Shown here one piece after another: positions 1 through 7,670 of a stretch of DNA of 64,000 nt. How positions within the stretch are numbered: the stretch's first letter is position 1; each line of letters starts with the position of its first letter. The position numbers were made by a program, and so were the translations under genes. A model generated the notes under the pieces. The model was not told the origin of the DNA and ran no database searches. It saw only the letters and a program-made list of their open reading frames with translations. Source of the DNA: Chryseolinea sp. (GTDB taxonomy: Bacteria > Bacteroidota > Bacteroidia > Cytophagales > Cyclobacteriaceae); assembly GCA_037720155.1 (NCBI GenBank), contig JBBJMI010000005.1, positions 255,686 through 319,685 on the forward strand, written 5' to 3'.

Positions 1-1281
1 TTTACACGCTCGCTACAGTCAGAAATTAGTCGCGACAGTATCTATGAAGACATTGATGCCGTATTTTTTGACGCCGACAATGATCAAGACAGCGACCTTC
101 TGGTCGTAAGTGGTGGAAACGAATTTTCCGGGAAGTCAGAGTTTAGAAATCCCCGCTTGTATCTTAACGACGGTCGTGGAACCTTTACGCGATCAGCGCA
201 GCTAAAGAATCTTTTTTTAACAGGGTCATCTGTGGCAGTGAATGATGTCGATCAGGACGGCGATAATGACGTGTTTATCGGTGGCCGATCGATACCGTTC
301 AATTATGGTAAAAGGCCTGATAGCTATCTCTTACTGAATGATGGCAAGGGTAACTTCGTCGATGCTACAAAGAGTGCCGCCCCTGATCTTACTGGATTTG
401 GATTTATCAAAGAGGCGATATGGGCCGATATCGACAACGACAAGGACGATGACCTCGTGATTGCCGCAGAGTGGAGCCCCATAACCATCTTATTGAATGA
501 TAAAGGCAAGCTTACGCGAATGCCCTTAGAAAATTCTGGTTTGGAAAAATCTAATGGATGGTGGAACGCCATTGAAGCGTTCGATGCCGACAACGACGGA
601 GATATGGATCTCGTCGCCGGAAATCTTGGATTAAATTCGAAGCTGAAGGCATCCGTTTTAGAGCCGGTAAGAATGTTTGCCGGCGACTTTGACAAGAACG
701 ACAGTACCGATCAGGTGCTTACTCATTTTATGAATGGCAAAGAATACCCTTTCCATACGCGGGATGAGATGGTAAAGCAAATGCCTGGTCTGAAAAAGCG
801 TTACTTATCGTATCACAAATTTTCAGAGGCTGCATTCCACGATATTTTTAGTGACGACGATCTTAAGAATACGCAGCAGTCAGTCGCCTATACTTTTGAA
901 AGTTCTTTCATTGAAAACCTGGGAGGTGGAAAGTTCAGAATGCAGTCGCTCCCAGCCATGGCGCAGGTATCTACAGTTAATGCAATATTGACCGGCGATT
1001 TTAATAACGATAAGATTCAGGATATCATTATTGCAGGCAATTTTTATCCCGTAAATATCCAGTTGGGCCGATACGATGCCAGCTATGGCTTGCTTTTAAC
1101 CGGTGATGGTCATCATACATTCACACCAATCCCCGGGGCTGATTCAGGTCTTTTACTGAAGGGGCAGACACGAAAATTGCGAGCGATCAATGTCGGTGGT
1201 ACCACCTATTACATCGCAGTACGGAACAATGAGCGTGTAGTACCATTCATGCTTTCAAAAGGTGGTGCGCCGGTTCAATAA
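1..1281 (+). CDS. FG-GAP/VCBS repeat protein (CRTAC1 / ASPIC-UnbV-like), C-terminal part; 5' end lies outside the window
   Basis: Frame 1 is open from nt 1 (FTRSLQSEISRDSIYEDIDAVFFDADNDQDSDLLVVSGGNEF...), so the listed start at 157 is not the real start. It carries repeated Asp-rich FG-GAP-type loops (VNDVDQDGDNDVF, ADIDNDKDDDLV, FDADNDGDMDLV, GDFNNDKIQDII). Confidence 0.75.
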   Translation, partial: FTRSLQSEISRDSIYEDIDAVFFDADNDQDSDLLVVSGGNEFSGKSEFRNPRLYLNDGRGTFTRSAQLKNLFLTGSSVAVNDVDQDGDNDVFIGGRSIPFNYGKRPDSYLLLNDGKGNFVDATKSAAPDLTGFGFIKEAIWADIDNDKDDDLVIAAEWSPITILLNDKGKLTRMPLENSGLEKSNGWWNAIEAFDADNDGDMDLVAGNLGLNSKLKASVLEPVRMFAGDFDKNDSTDQVLTHFMNGKEYPFHTRDEMVKQMPGLKKRYLSYHKFSEAAFHDIFSDDDLKNTQQSVAYTFESSFIENLGGGKFRMQSLPAMAQVSTVNAILTGDFNNDKIQDIIIAGNFYPVNIQLGRYDASYGLLLTGDGHHTFTPIPGADSGLLLKGQTRKLRAINVGGTTYYIAVRNNERVVPFMLSKGGAPVQ

Positions 1282-1412
1282 GGTGGGGTGCGTTGTAATC
1301 ACAATCGATCGGATCAAAGGAACGGCGCTTTAATTTGCACAATACCCGTGCTATTCGTTCTTCAGCGATGTTGCTAGGTTGACGGTTCGCCGGTGGATTT
1401 TCAAACAAAATT

Positions 1413-1439
1413 TGCAACCCTTTTCTTTTTAACTTGTCT
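1413..1439 (+). promoter_or_regulatory. Candidate ECF-type (autoregulated) promoter: TGCAAC-N17-GTCT
   Basis: TGCAAC at 1413-1418 and GTCT at 1436-1439 are separated by 17 nt and end 12 nt before the GTG start of the ECF sigma gene. This resembles the generic ECF -35 (G)AAC / -10 (C)GTC architecture. It is a pattern match only. Confidence 0.2.
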
Positions 1440-1450
1440 TTAGCCACGAA

Positions 1451-2011
1451 GTGCTGAATTTGGTTTTGGATCAGGAGGTTTTAAACGTACACGAAGAGCT
1501 GATCGCCCGTTGCAAATCCGGTGACCAGAATGCGCACCATAAGCTTTACAAGCTGTATGCTAAAGCTATGTATAATGTTGGCTACCGGATCACCCGGAAC
1601 GAAGAGGAGGCTCAGGATGTCCTGCAAGAGGCTTTTATCAGTGCGTTTAAGAATCTGGAGCGATATCGGGGCGATTCGACGTTCGGTGCCTGGCTGAAGC
1701 GGATTGTGGTGAACAAGGCAATCAACGCTTTGCAGAAGAAAAAGCTTGAGCCAATTCCTGAGCACGATGCCTGGGATGTCGCCGAGGAAGAGGTGTCGAC
1801 GGAATATAAGGAGGAACTGACCGTTGATCGGGTAAGGCGCAGTATTGAGCAATTGCCTGCTGGATACCGCAGTGTCCTTTCATTATATTTATTGGAAGGA
1901 TATGACCATCAGGAGATCGCGGAAATAATGGGGTTTACGGAATCAACCTCGAAGTCGCAGCTTAACCGGGCGAAGGGGAAGTTGAGGGAGATTCTAAAGG
2001 ATGGAAGCTAG
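1451..2011 (+). CDS. RNA polymerase ECF-type sigma-70 factor
   Basis: 186 aa. Region 2 reads DVLQEAFISAFKNLERYRGDSTFGAWLKRIVVNKAIN. The region 4 HTH reads GYDHQEIAEIMGFTESTSKSQLNRAKGKLREIL. It uses a GTG start because there is no in-frame ATG upstream of region 2. Confidence 0.9.
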   Translation: MLNLVLDQEVLNVHEELIARCKSGDQNAHHKLYKLYAKAMYNVGYRITRNEEEAQDVLQEAFISAFKNLERYRGDSTFGAWLKRIVVNKAINALQKKKLEPIPEHDAWDVAEEEVSTEYKEELTVDRVRRSIEQLPAGYRSVLSLYLLEGYDHQEIAEIMGFTESTSKSQLNRAKGKLREILKDGS

Positions 2012-2041
2012 CGAGGCCAGTTCCGTCATTGCGAGGAGTTT

Positions 2042-2240
2042 CTTGAGGCATCGGCCTCAAGGATTGACGACGAAGCAACCCCCTGGCTACAGGGGGGCGG
2101 GGGAACTAGGAGTGAGATTTTCGGGCATCCCCGGACCGTTGCTGTTTCGGTTTGTCATAGATCGCAAAGATTAAATAGGGAAGCGCTCCTCCGCAGAGTC
2201 TCCCGTTTCGGGGACTCTGCGGAATAGAAGTGAGATATTA
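2042..2240. repeat. Hairpin-rich spacer: three GC-rich perfect or near-perfect hairpins plus a duplicated about 18-nt tail motif
   Basis: Hairpin 1 (2042-2061): cttgaggc/atcg/gcctcaag. Hairpin 2 (2079-2096): ccccctg/gcta/caggggg. Hairpin 3 (2191-2222): ccgcagagtc(t)ccc/gtttc/ggggactctgcgg. Hairpins 2 and 3 are each followed by a related motif: ggaactaggagtgagatttt (2102-2121) and ggaatagaagtgagatatt (2221-2239). Confidence 0.7.
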
Positions 2241-2257
2241 ATTAAAGTAAGAAAGAT

Positions 2258-2791
2258 ATGAAGGATCCACTTGAAGATTTTGTTCGAAGGAACCGTGCTG
2301 GATTTGACGACAAGGAAGCGCCAGCTTCCGCCTGGAAGAACATTGAAAAGTCGATGGGTTTCAACCAGCGAAGCTTATGGAATTCTCTCGCACTGTGGCG
2401 TGCGGCAGCGATTATTTTTATGGCAGTTAGCGGCTATTTGTTGTTATCAGGAACACAAACCAAACTTGCAAATTTTGCGGCATCCGATATAGCGTCGAAT
2501 GAATTCAAGGATACCGAAGAATTTTATTTTAAACAGATATCTGACAAAGTGGCGATGATTGGCGAGTTTCAACGCAATGAAGGACTGAATGGATTCACGC
2601 ACGATTTTCAGCAGCTTGATGCCATGTATTTGGTATTGAAGGAAGAGATGAAATCAAGTCCTAGTGAGAAGGTTAAAGATGCGCTTGTACTTAACTTACT
2701 GATAAGAGTTGATTTGCTCAACCAGCAGTTGCACCATCTTGAGAAGGCGCAGGGGGTTGACAAGAAGAAAGCCGCGGACCGGTCGGTATAA
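2258..2791 (+). CDS. Putative anti-sigma factor (single-pass membrane protein)
   Basis: 177 aa. A roughly 45-aa N-terminal segment is followed by one hydrophobic helix (LWRAAAIIFMAVSGYLLL). The gene sits immediately downstream of the ECF sigma gene. No enzymatic motif is seen. The call rests on position and topology. Confidence 0.5.
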   Translation: MKDPLEDFVRRNRAGFDDKEAPASAWKNIEKSMGFNQRSLWNSLALWRAAAIIFMAVSGYLLLSGTQTKLANFAASDIASNEFKDTEEFYFKQISDKVAMIGEFQRNEGLNGFTHDFQQLDAMYLVLKEEMKSSPSEKVKDALVLNLLIRVDLLNQQLHHLEKAQGVDKKKAADRSV

Positions 2792-2924
2792 AGATCTAAG
2801 GGGCTTTGCGGAATCAACCACTATTCACATTATTTCTTATCGGCGAAAACCTTTCCGGGCGCAATACCGGGTGAGGTCAAAGGGGTACCGCACCGCATGC
2901 TCCAACACGTTAAACACATATGAA

Positions 2925-3626
2925 TTGAAATTTCTGATTATTATCGCCGCATTTCTATTCGGCTGCAAAATTCAATCTGAATTGCCAATTGATAATGAAA
3001 TAATTCTAATAAATGCCGGCCTGGCGGGAAGGAACGAAATTTCAATAGCATTAGATCGAATCGCTGCGTGCCGGACAAAGGTGGTGGGAATCAATTTAGT
3101 ATTCCCTAGTCGTCAAGAGCCCTTGGCAGATATCCGCTTAGCTAAATCTATAAAAAATGCAGGGAACGTTGTGTTGGTCTCATTATTAAAAGATGACAAG
3201 ATTATTTCATCAGACTCGTTATTCACTTCATCAGCTTTAGCACAAGGACTAATAAATTACGGCTTTGCCGAAGACGGGTCGATAAGCGCCCAAATGTTAT
3301 ACACATCGATCGGTGATGATCTGATCTGGAGTTTTCCAACAACTTTGGCAAGTTACTTCGATATCAATCGCTCAGACGAGATCATGAGAGCTGCGCAAGG
3401 CAATCAATTCTACAAAATCGACTATAAATATAATTTCCGCGTAGTTGATATAGGTGAAGAATTTAATTGTGCGTTGATGTCTGACAAAATTGTGATTATC
3501 GGATACCTTGGTCCGGGCAATGAAGATTTGTATTTAACCAGCTCAGGTCAACAGCGATACAGCACTTGGATACTTGGAAATTGTCTCAAAAGTATCCAGG
3601 AGGGTCACTTTGAAAAACGAAATTGA
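2925..3626 (+). CDS. CHASE2-like domain lipoprotein (stand-alone sensor-type domain)
   Basis: A TTG start at 2925 gives MKFLIIIAAFLFGCKIQ, a lipoprotein signal with a Cys lipobox. IILINAG..ALDRIAACRTKVVGINLVFPSRQEPLADIRLAKSIKNAGNVVLVSLL resembles the N-terminal half of CHASE2. The tracked start at 2709 overlaps the previous gene and encodes Arg-rich nonsense. Confidence 0.5.
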   Translation: MKFLIIIAAFLFGCKIQSELPIDNEIILINAGLAGRNEISIALDRIAACRTKVVGINLVFPSRQEPLADIRLAKSIKNAGNVVLVSLLKDDKIISSDSLFTSSALAQGLINYGFAEDGSISAQMLYTSIGDDLIWSFPTTLASYFDINRSDEIMRAAQGNQFYKIDYKYNFRVVDIGEEFNCALMSDKIVIIGYLGPGNEDLYLTSSGQQRYSTWILGNCLKSIQEGHFEKRN

Positions 3627-4073
3627 TAAACAAAGTGAAAATGCTCCTAAAGTTCAGCGTATCACAAGGCGTTTCATAAGAGATGATTAAACAAAATTCT
3701 TATGTATCGTGCTTTTTTTGAAATGATTGGAGTTTACGGATTGTGGGCTCTTTCAGGGTTCAACCGAAAATATGCGGATCGTCTCCGCAAAGTACCGAAC
3801 TATAAGAATGCAAGATTTGGAGTGATATTTTTTTGGTAATTATCCTTTTAAAATTATTACTAGTGAGGGTATTACAAAGTGAATGACTATAAACCCAACG
3901 GTTGATTCAAAGGCGCGAATGGGGTGTCAATAGTTTTATCAGGTCAAAATAGGCACATCGCTTCCCGTTGACCAAGTAATACCCATATCGTCGAGGCATG
4001 CCATTTAACGTAACTTTCCCCACATCCCGCCAAACCATTTTACGCGTATATAGGTTAGGTAAATAAACAAAGT

Positions 4074-4721
4074 ATGGCACGGCTAATCCTTTTCTCACTC
4101 TGGTTCTGCTTTTCGTGCGGGGACAGTGCAATCAGTCAGGAAAATAAAAAGAGTTCTAAGGTTATGACAGATCAGGTAATGAGCGAGGGCCAGCAAGTGG
4201 CGACATTTGGAAATGGATGTTTCTGGTGCACGGAAGCCATCTTTCAGAATGTTGAGGGCGTTGTAAAGGTTGAATCAGGTTATTCCGGTGGTAAGGTAAA
4301 AGATCCCACCTATAAGGAAGTGTGCAGTGGCCTCACGGGTCATGCTGAAGTCTTACAGATCATCTACGATCCGAAAAAGATTACGTTTGAAGAGCTGCTG
4401 GAAGTTTTCTGGGAAACACACGACCCCACAACTTTGAACAGACAGGGCAACGATGAGGGCACGCAGTACAGGTCTGTTGTGTTTTACCACAACGATGAAC
4501 AGAAACAACTGGCAGAAACTTATAAAAAGAAGCTTGATGCATCAGGCGCGTTTGAGGGTCCAATCGTGACGGAAATCACGCCCGCAGCAAAATTTTATAA
4601 GGCCGAAGACTACCATCAGAATTACTATAATTTGAACGGAAACGCTCCGTACTGTTCATTTATTATACGACCCAAGCTGGAAAAATTCAAAAAAGTTTTC
4701 GCCGAAAAGTTGAAAAAATAG
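4074..4721 (+). CDS. msrA: Peptide-methionine (S)-S-oxide reductase MsrA, with an N-terminal lipoprotein-like leader
   Basis: It has the GNGCFWCTEAIF active-site motif, then GYSGG..PTYKEVCSG.TGHAEV and YHQNYY. The N-terminus MARLILFSLWFCFSCGD looks like a lipobox. An alternative internal ATG at 4164 would give a cytoplasmic form. Confidence 0.92.
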   Translation: MARLILFSLWFCFSCGDSAISQENKKSSKVMTDQVMSEGQQVATFGNGCFWCTEAIFQNVEGVVKVESGYSGGKVKDPTYKEVCSGLTGHAEVLQIIYDPKKITFEELLEVFWETHDPTTLNRQGNDEGTQYRSVVFYHNDEQKQLAETYKKKLDASGAFEGPIVTEITPAAKFYKAEDYHQNYYNLNGNAPYCSFIIRPKLEKFKKVFAEKLKK

Positions 4722-4818
4722 TCACTTTTTTACCTGTCCGTGAAACCTAGAAGGAAGGTCCCCGTTAGATTAAAGTGAGCAGAGTAATTTCTTCTCATAG
4801 GTTTAGGTTTAGGTAAAC

Positions 4819-4847
4819 AAAAAGGCCCAGAGACGCTGGGCCTTTTT
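4819..4847. terminator. Bidirectional rho-independent terminator between convergent genes
   Basis: aaaaa-GGCCCAG-agacg-CTGGGCC-ttttt. A perfect 7-bp GC-rich stem is flanked by an A-run and a T-run. It lies between msrA (+) and the 4946-6085 gene (-). Confidence 0.7.
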
Positions 4848-4945
4848 GCGTTTATGGTAATTGATCCCGTTAAACGGGGAGGGGTCGAAGACTTGCGCCA
4901 GCAACCCAGCCCGCGCTTTCGCAACGACCGCACGACAACCGGAAC

Positions 4946-6085
4946 CTAATAGTTCTGGTAAAAACTTTTAATGGAAGGAATAAGCTGATTGTATATCGGC
5001 TTTGTGAATTCAAGGAACAGATCCTGAGGGTTTGGCGGCTGTTGCTCACGAAGCTTGCATAACCTCAGCTGTTGATCGTTAAGCGCGCGCTCATCGCCGT
5101 TGTAACGGGCCCATTGAGTTACCCACACGTATTCACCATTAAACTTACGGTGCGCGAGTATCCCATTTGTTTTAGCATCCACCACAATCATGCTTAACAA
5201 GCCATTGCTCGAAAGCTCTTTGCGATATGTCGTGAGCTTAGCCTTGACGGTATTGTACACCGGCACGCTTTTTCCGTTCACTTTAGCGTCGCCAACTTTC
5301 ACGCTGTCCTTACTAAACGTTTCCTCCTTCTCACGCATAGCGGAATTGCCAACGTTAAAATCATCGAATTGAATCCTTACGATCTGATCAGCGTCAGGCA
5401 GACTAATAATCTTCGCCTCCTGAGGAGTATAAAATTTTATGAATGTTCCTTCAGTATACGTCGACCTCAGATAACCTTCTACCTGGTCCTGAAAGAAACC
5501 ACCACTAAGATTATAGCGTGGTGGCACGGGGATCTGCTCCACAATGACTTTTAATGTTGCTACGTCTTTTGCTTTGTCAAGATACTCGACAACATCTTTG
5601 TAGCCCGGAACAAAAGTCTGCGCATCCCTGAAATTAAAGTAAGCCCGTTTTGCCTCGTTTCTATCACCCTTCATCAATGCATCTATTCCAGCATTGTAAC
5701 TTTCATCAGCCGCCTTTTCTTTTAACGGGCCGATTTCAGAATAATAATTTTTTGGATTTGGTACTGCCGCCTTGCAGCCCGGACATTGCCTGAGCATTTC
5801 ATAAAGCGAATTGATGCGATCATAAGATTCGATCGCATTTTTCCATTTGAACGGAGTGTTCGACGCAATCTGGTTCGCAGCTTCACTTTCATAATATTCC
5901 ACTGCAAGTGGGTATGCATTTCGAAGTGCCTCTTGTGATTTGCTGTGGTCCGGATTCTGACGCAGTCGTGAAACAGATTTGATAACGGCTTCGTAGTAAT
6001 CACCGCGCTCATAAGCCTTTTTCCCGGAGCTGCAGGCAAACATCACCGATGCCAAAAAAGCAATCACTAACCGTGCTGATTTCAT
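4946..6085 (-). CDS. Hypothetical lipoprotein (helical N-terminal half, beta-rich C-terminal half)
   Basis: The start is taken at the internal ATG (6085), giving MKSARLVIAFLASVMFACSSGKK (signal plus lipobox Cys). The ORF is long and clean, with no recognisable catalytic motif. Confidence 0.6.
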   Translation of the reverse strand: MKSARLVIAFLASVMFACSSGKKAYERGDYYEAVIKSVSRLRQNPDHSKSQEALRNAYPLAVEYYESEAANQIASNTPFKWKNAIESYDRINSLYEMLRQCPGCKAAVPNPKNYYSEIGPLKEKAADESYNAGIDALMKGDRNEAKRAYFNFRDAQTFVPGYKDVVEYLDKAKDVATLKVIVEQIPVPPRYNLSGGFFQDQVEGYLRSTYTEGTFIKFYTPQEAKIISLPDADQIVRIQFDDFNVGNSAMREKEETFSKDSVKVGDAKVNGKSVPVYNTVKAKLTTYRKELSSNGLLSMIVVDAKTNGILAHRKFNGEYVWVTQWARYNGDERALNDQQLRLCKLREQQPPNPQDLFLEFTKPIYNQLIPSIKSFYQNY

Positions 6086-6224
6086 AATACGTTGTTGATA
6101 TTCAAAAAATGGGGTCAATCAAAAAAACAACGCTGCAAGATAGGCTACGGCGAGAAAAAATACTTGTGAATATTGGCAAATTCAGTACATGGCGGGGAAG
6201 CTGCAAGCCTCAACCTGCAAGCCT

Positions 6225-7586
6225 TTACATGCGGCTTATAGGAACGGCTGCCGGATCGTCGTGATCGTCGACAAAACGAACACAGAAGGCGGCAATAAAC
6301 AAAAACACACCCGCCATGACTAAACTGTAAATTGGCTGAGATGCGAAGGCGTACTTTACGATGGGTCCGCCGATCACGCCGTTCACAAGCTGTGGAAGCG
6401 TAATGAAGAAATTAAAAACCCCCATGTAGATACCCATCTTCCTGACGGGAATAGCACCAGCGAGAATCGCATACGGCATTGCAAGAATAGCCGCCCACGC
6501 AATCCCGATGCCTATCATCGAAAAAATCAGAATCATCGGATCATGAATAAAATAAATCGAAATGAGCCCAACGCCGCCGGCAGCCAACGAGAGGGAATGC
6601 GTTAACTTTCTACCCAGGTAATGTGCAACGGATGGCAGGAGCAAGGCATATACAGCAGACACACCGTTGTAAATACCAAAAAGACCGCTAACCCAATTGC
6701 TCGCATCTTGATATGCTTCGGAAGATGCGTCCTTAAGTGAAAGTCCATATACGTGCGTTGCAATAGCTGGCGTAGAGTACACCCACATGGAGAACAGCGC
6801 AAACCAGGAAAAAAATTGAACCAGGCCGAGTTGTTTCATCGTCTTCGGCATTGCTGCGAAGTCGCTTAAAATTTGTCTCAGTCCTTTTTTTTCCGCTACT
6901 CCCTCCGTCACCTTTTCATATTCGTCCTGTGGAAACTCTTTCGTTGTTATCACCGTCCATAGTATTGCGGCAAGGAAGACAACTGCGCCAACATAGAATG
7001 AAAGCGTAACGCTTTGTGGTACCACCCCAGGCGTTGATACATTCTGGACGTGAAAGAACTCTGCGAATAGAAATGGAAGCCACGATCCGATCACAGCGCC
7101 CAGCCCAATGAGAAATGTTTGAACGGAGAAGCCCAGTGTACGCTGGTCGGAGGGGAGAAGGTCGGCAACCAATGCGCGGAAGGGTTCCATCGCAACATTG
7201 AACGATGCATCCATGATCATCAGTATTCCTGCTCCAGCGTACAACGGAGGTAACAGATTAACCAGGATGTCGGCGTTGGGCATGAAGATCAATGCTGCGG
7301 CTGCTATCAAAGCACCCGTAAGGAAGTAAGGCCTTCGTCTCCCCAGTGATGTCCATGTGTGATCACTGTAATAGCCGATCAACGGCTGGACGATCATACC
7401 TGTAAGCGGCGCAGCAAGCCAAAACCAGGAGAGGTGTTCCACATCTGCGCCAAAGATTCCAAGTATTCGCGATGCATTTCCGTTCTGGAGGGCAAAACCA
7501 AATTGTATCCCAAGAAATCCGACACTCATATTCCAGATCTGCGACCTGGTCATCCGTGGTTTTTGAGTAAGCTCAGGCGTGCTCAT
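6225..7586 (-). CDS. MFS/GPH-type sugar:cation symporter (SLC45 / sucrose-maltose transporter-like)
   Basis: 453 aa with about 12 hydrophobic segments. YYSDHTWTSLGRRRPYF is the typical loop 2-3 motif of the GPH/SLC45 family. The gene is directly downstream of the GH31 gene. Confidence 0.85.
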   Translation of the reverse strand: MSTPELTQKPRMTRSQIWNMSVGFLGIQFGFALQNGNASRILGIFGADVEHLSWFWLAAPLTGMIVQPLIGYYSDHTWTSLGRRRPYFLTGALIAAAALIFMPNADILVNLLPPLYAGAGILMIMDASFNVAMEPFRALVADLLPSDQRTLGFSVQTFLIGLGAVIGSWLPFLFAEFFHVQNVSTPGVVPQSVTLSFYVGAVVFLAAILWTVITTKEFPQDEYEKVTEGVAEKKGLRQILSDFAAMPKTMKQLGLVQFFSWFALFSMWVYSTPAIATHVYGLSLKDASSEAYQDASNWVSGLFGIYNGVSAVYALLLPSVAHYLGRKLTHSLSLAAGGVGLISIYFIHDPMILIFSMIGIGIAWAAILAMPYAILAGAIPVRKMGIYMGVFNFFITLPQLVNGVIGGPIVKYAFASQPIYSLVMAGVFLFIAAFCVRFVDDHDDPAAVPISRM

Positions 7587-7670
7587 GAGAGGCGTGGAAG
7601 AAGAGTTTTACGAAGCTGTATAAAACGATTGAGATGAGCAAATTTTGAAAAGCTTCAAGCTCAAGCTATT

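Noticed and set aside
1247-1447. A 66-aa minus-strand ORF in the gap between the FG-GAP gene and the ECF sigma gene.
   Set aside because: It overlaps the end of the FG-GAP CDS and the likely sigma promoter. It has no motifs and an unremarkable composition.
2709-2924. The tracked start of the 2709-3626 ORF, which overlaps the anti-sigma gene by 83 nt.
   Set aside because: The first 72 residues (MICSTSSCTILRRRRGLTRRKPRTGRYK...) look non-coding. A TTG at 2925 yields a clean lipoprotein leader, so the gene was shortened.
6201-6224. A direct repeat ctgcaagcct ... ctgcaagcct immediately downstream of the MFS gene stop.
   Set aside because: It is a 10-nt duplication with a 4-nt spacer. It has no dyad symmetry and no additional copies in the window. 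It is most likely fortuitous.
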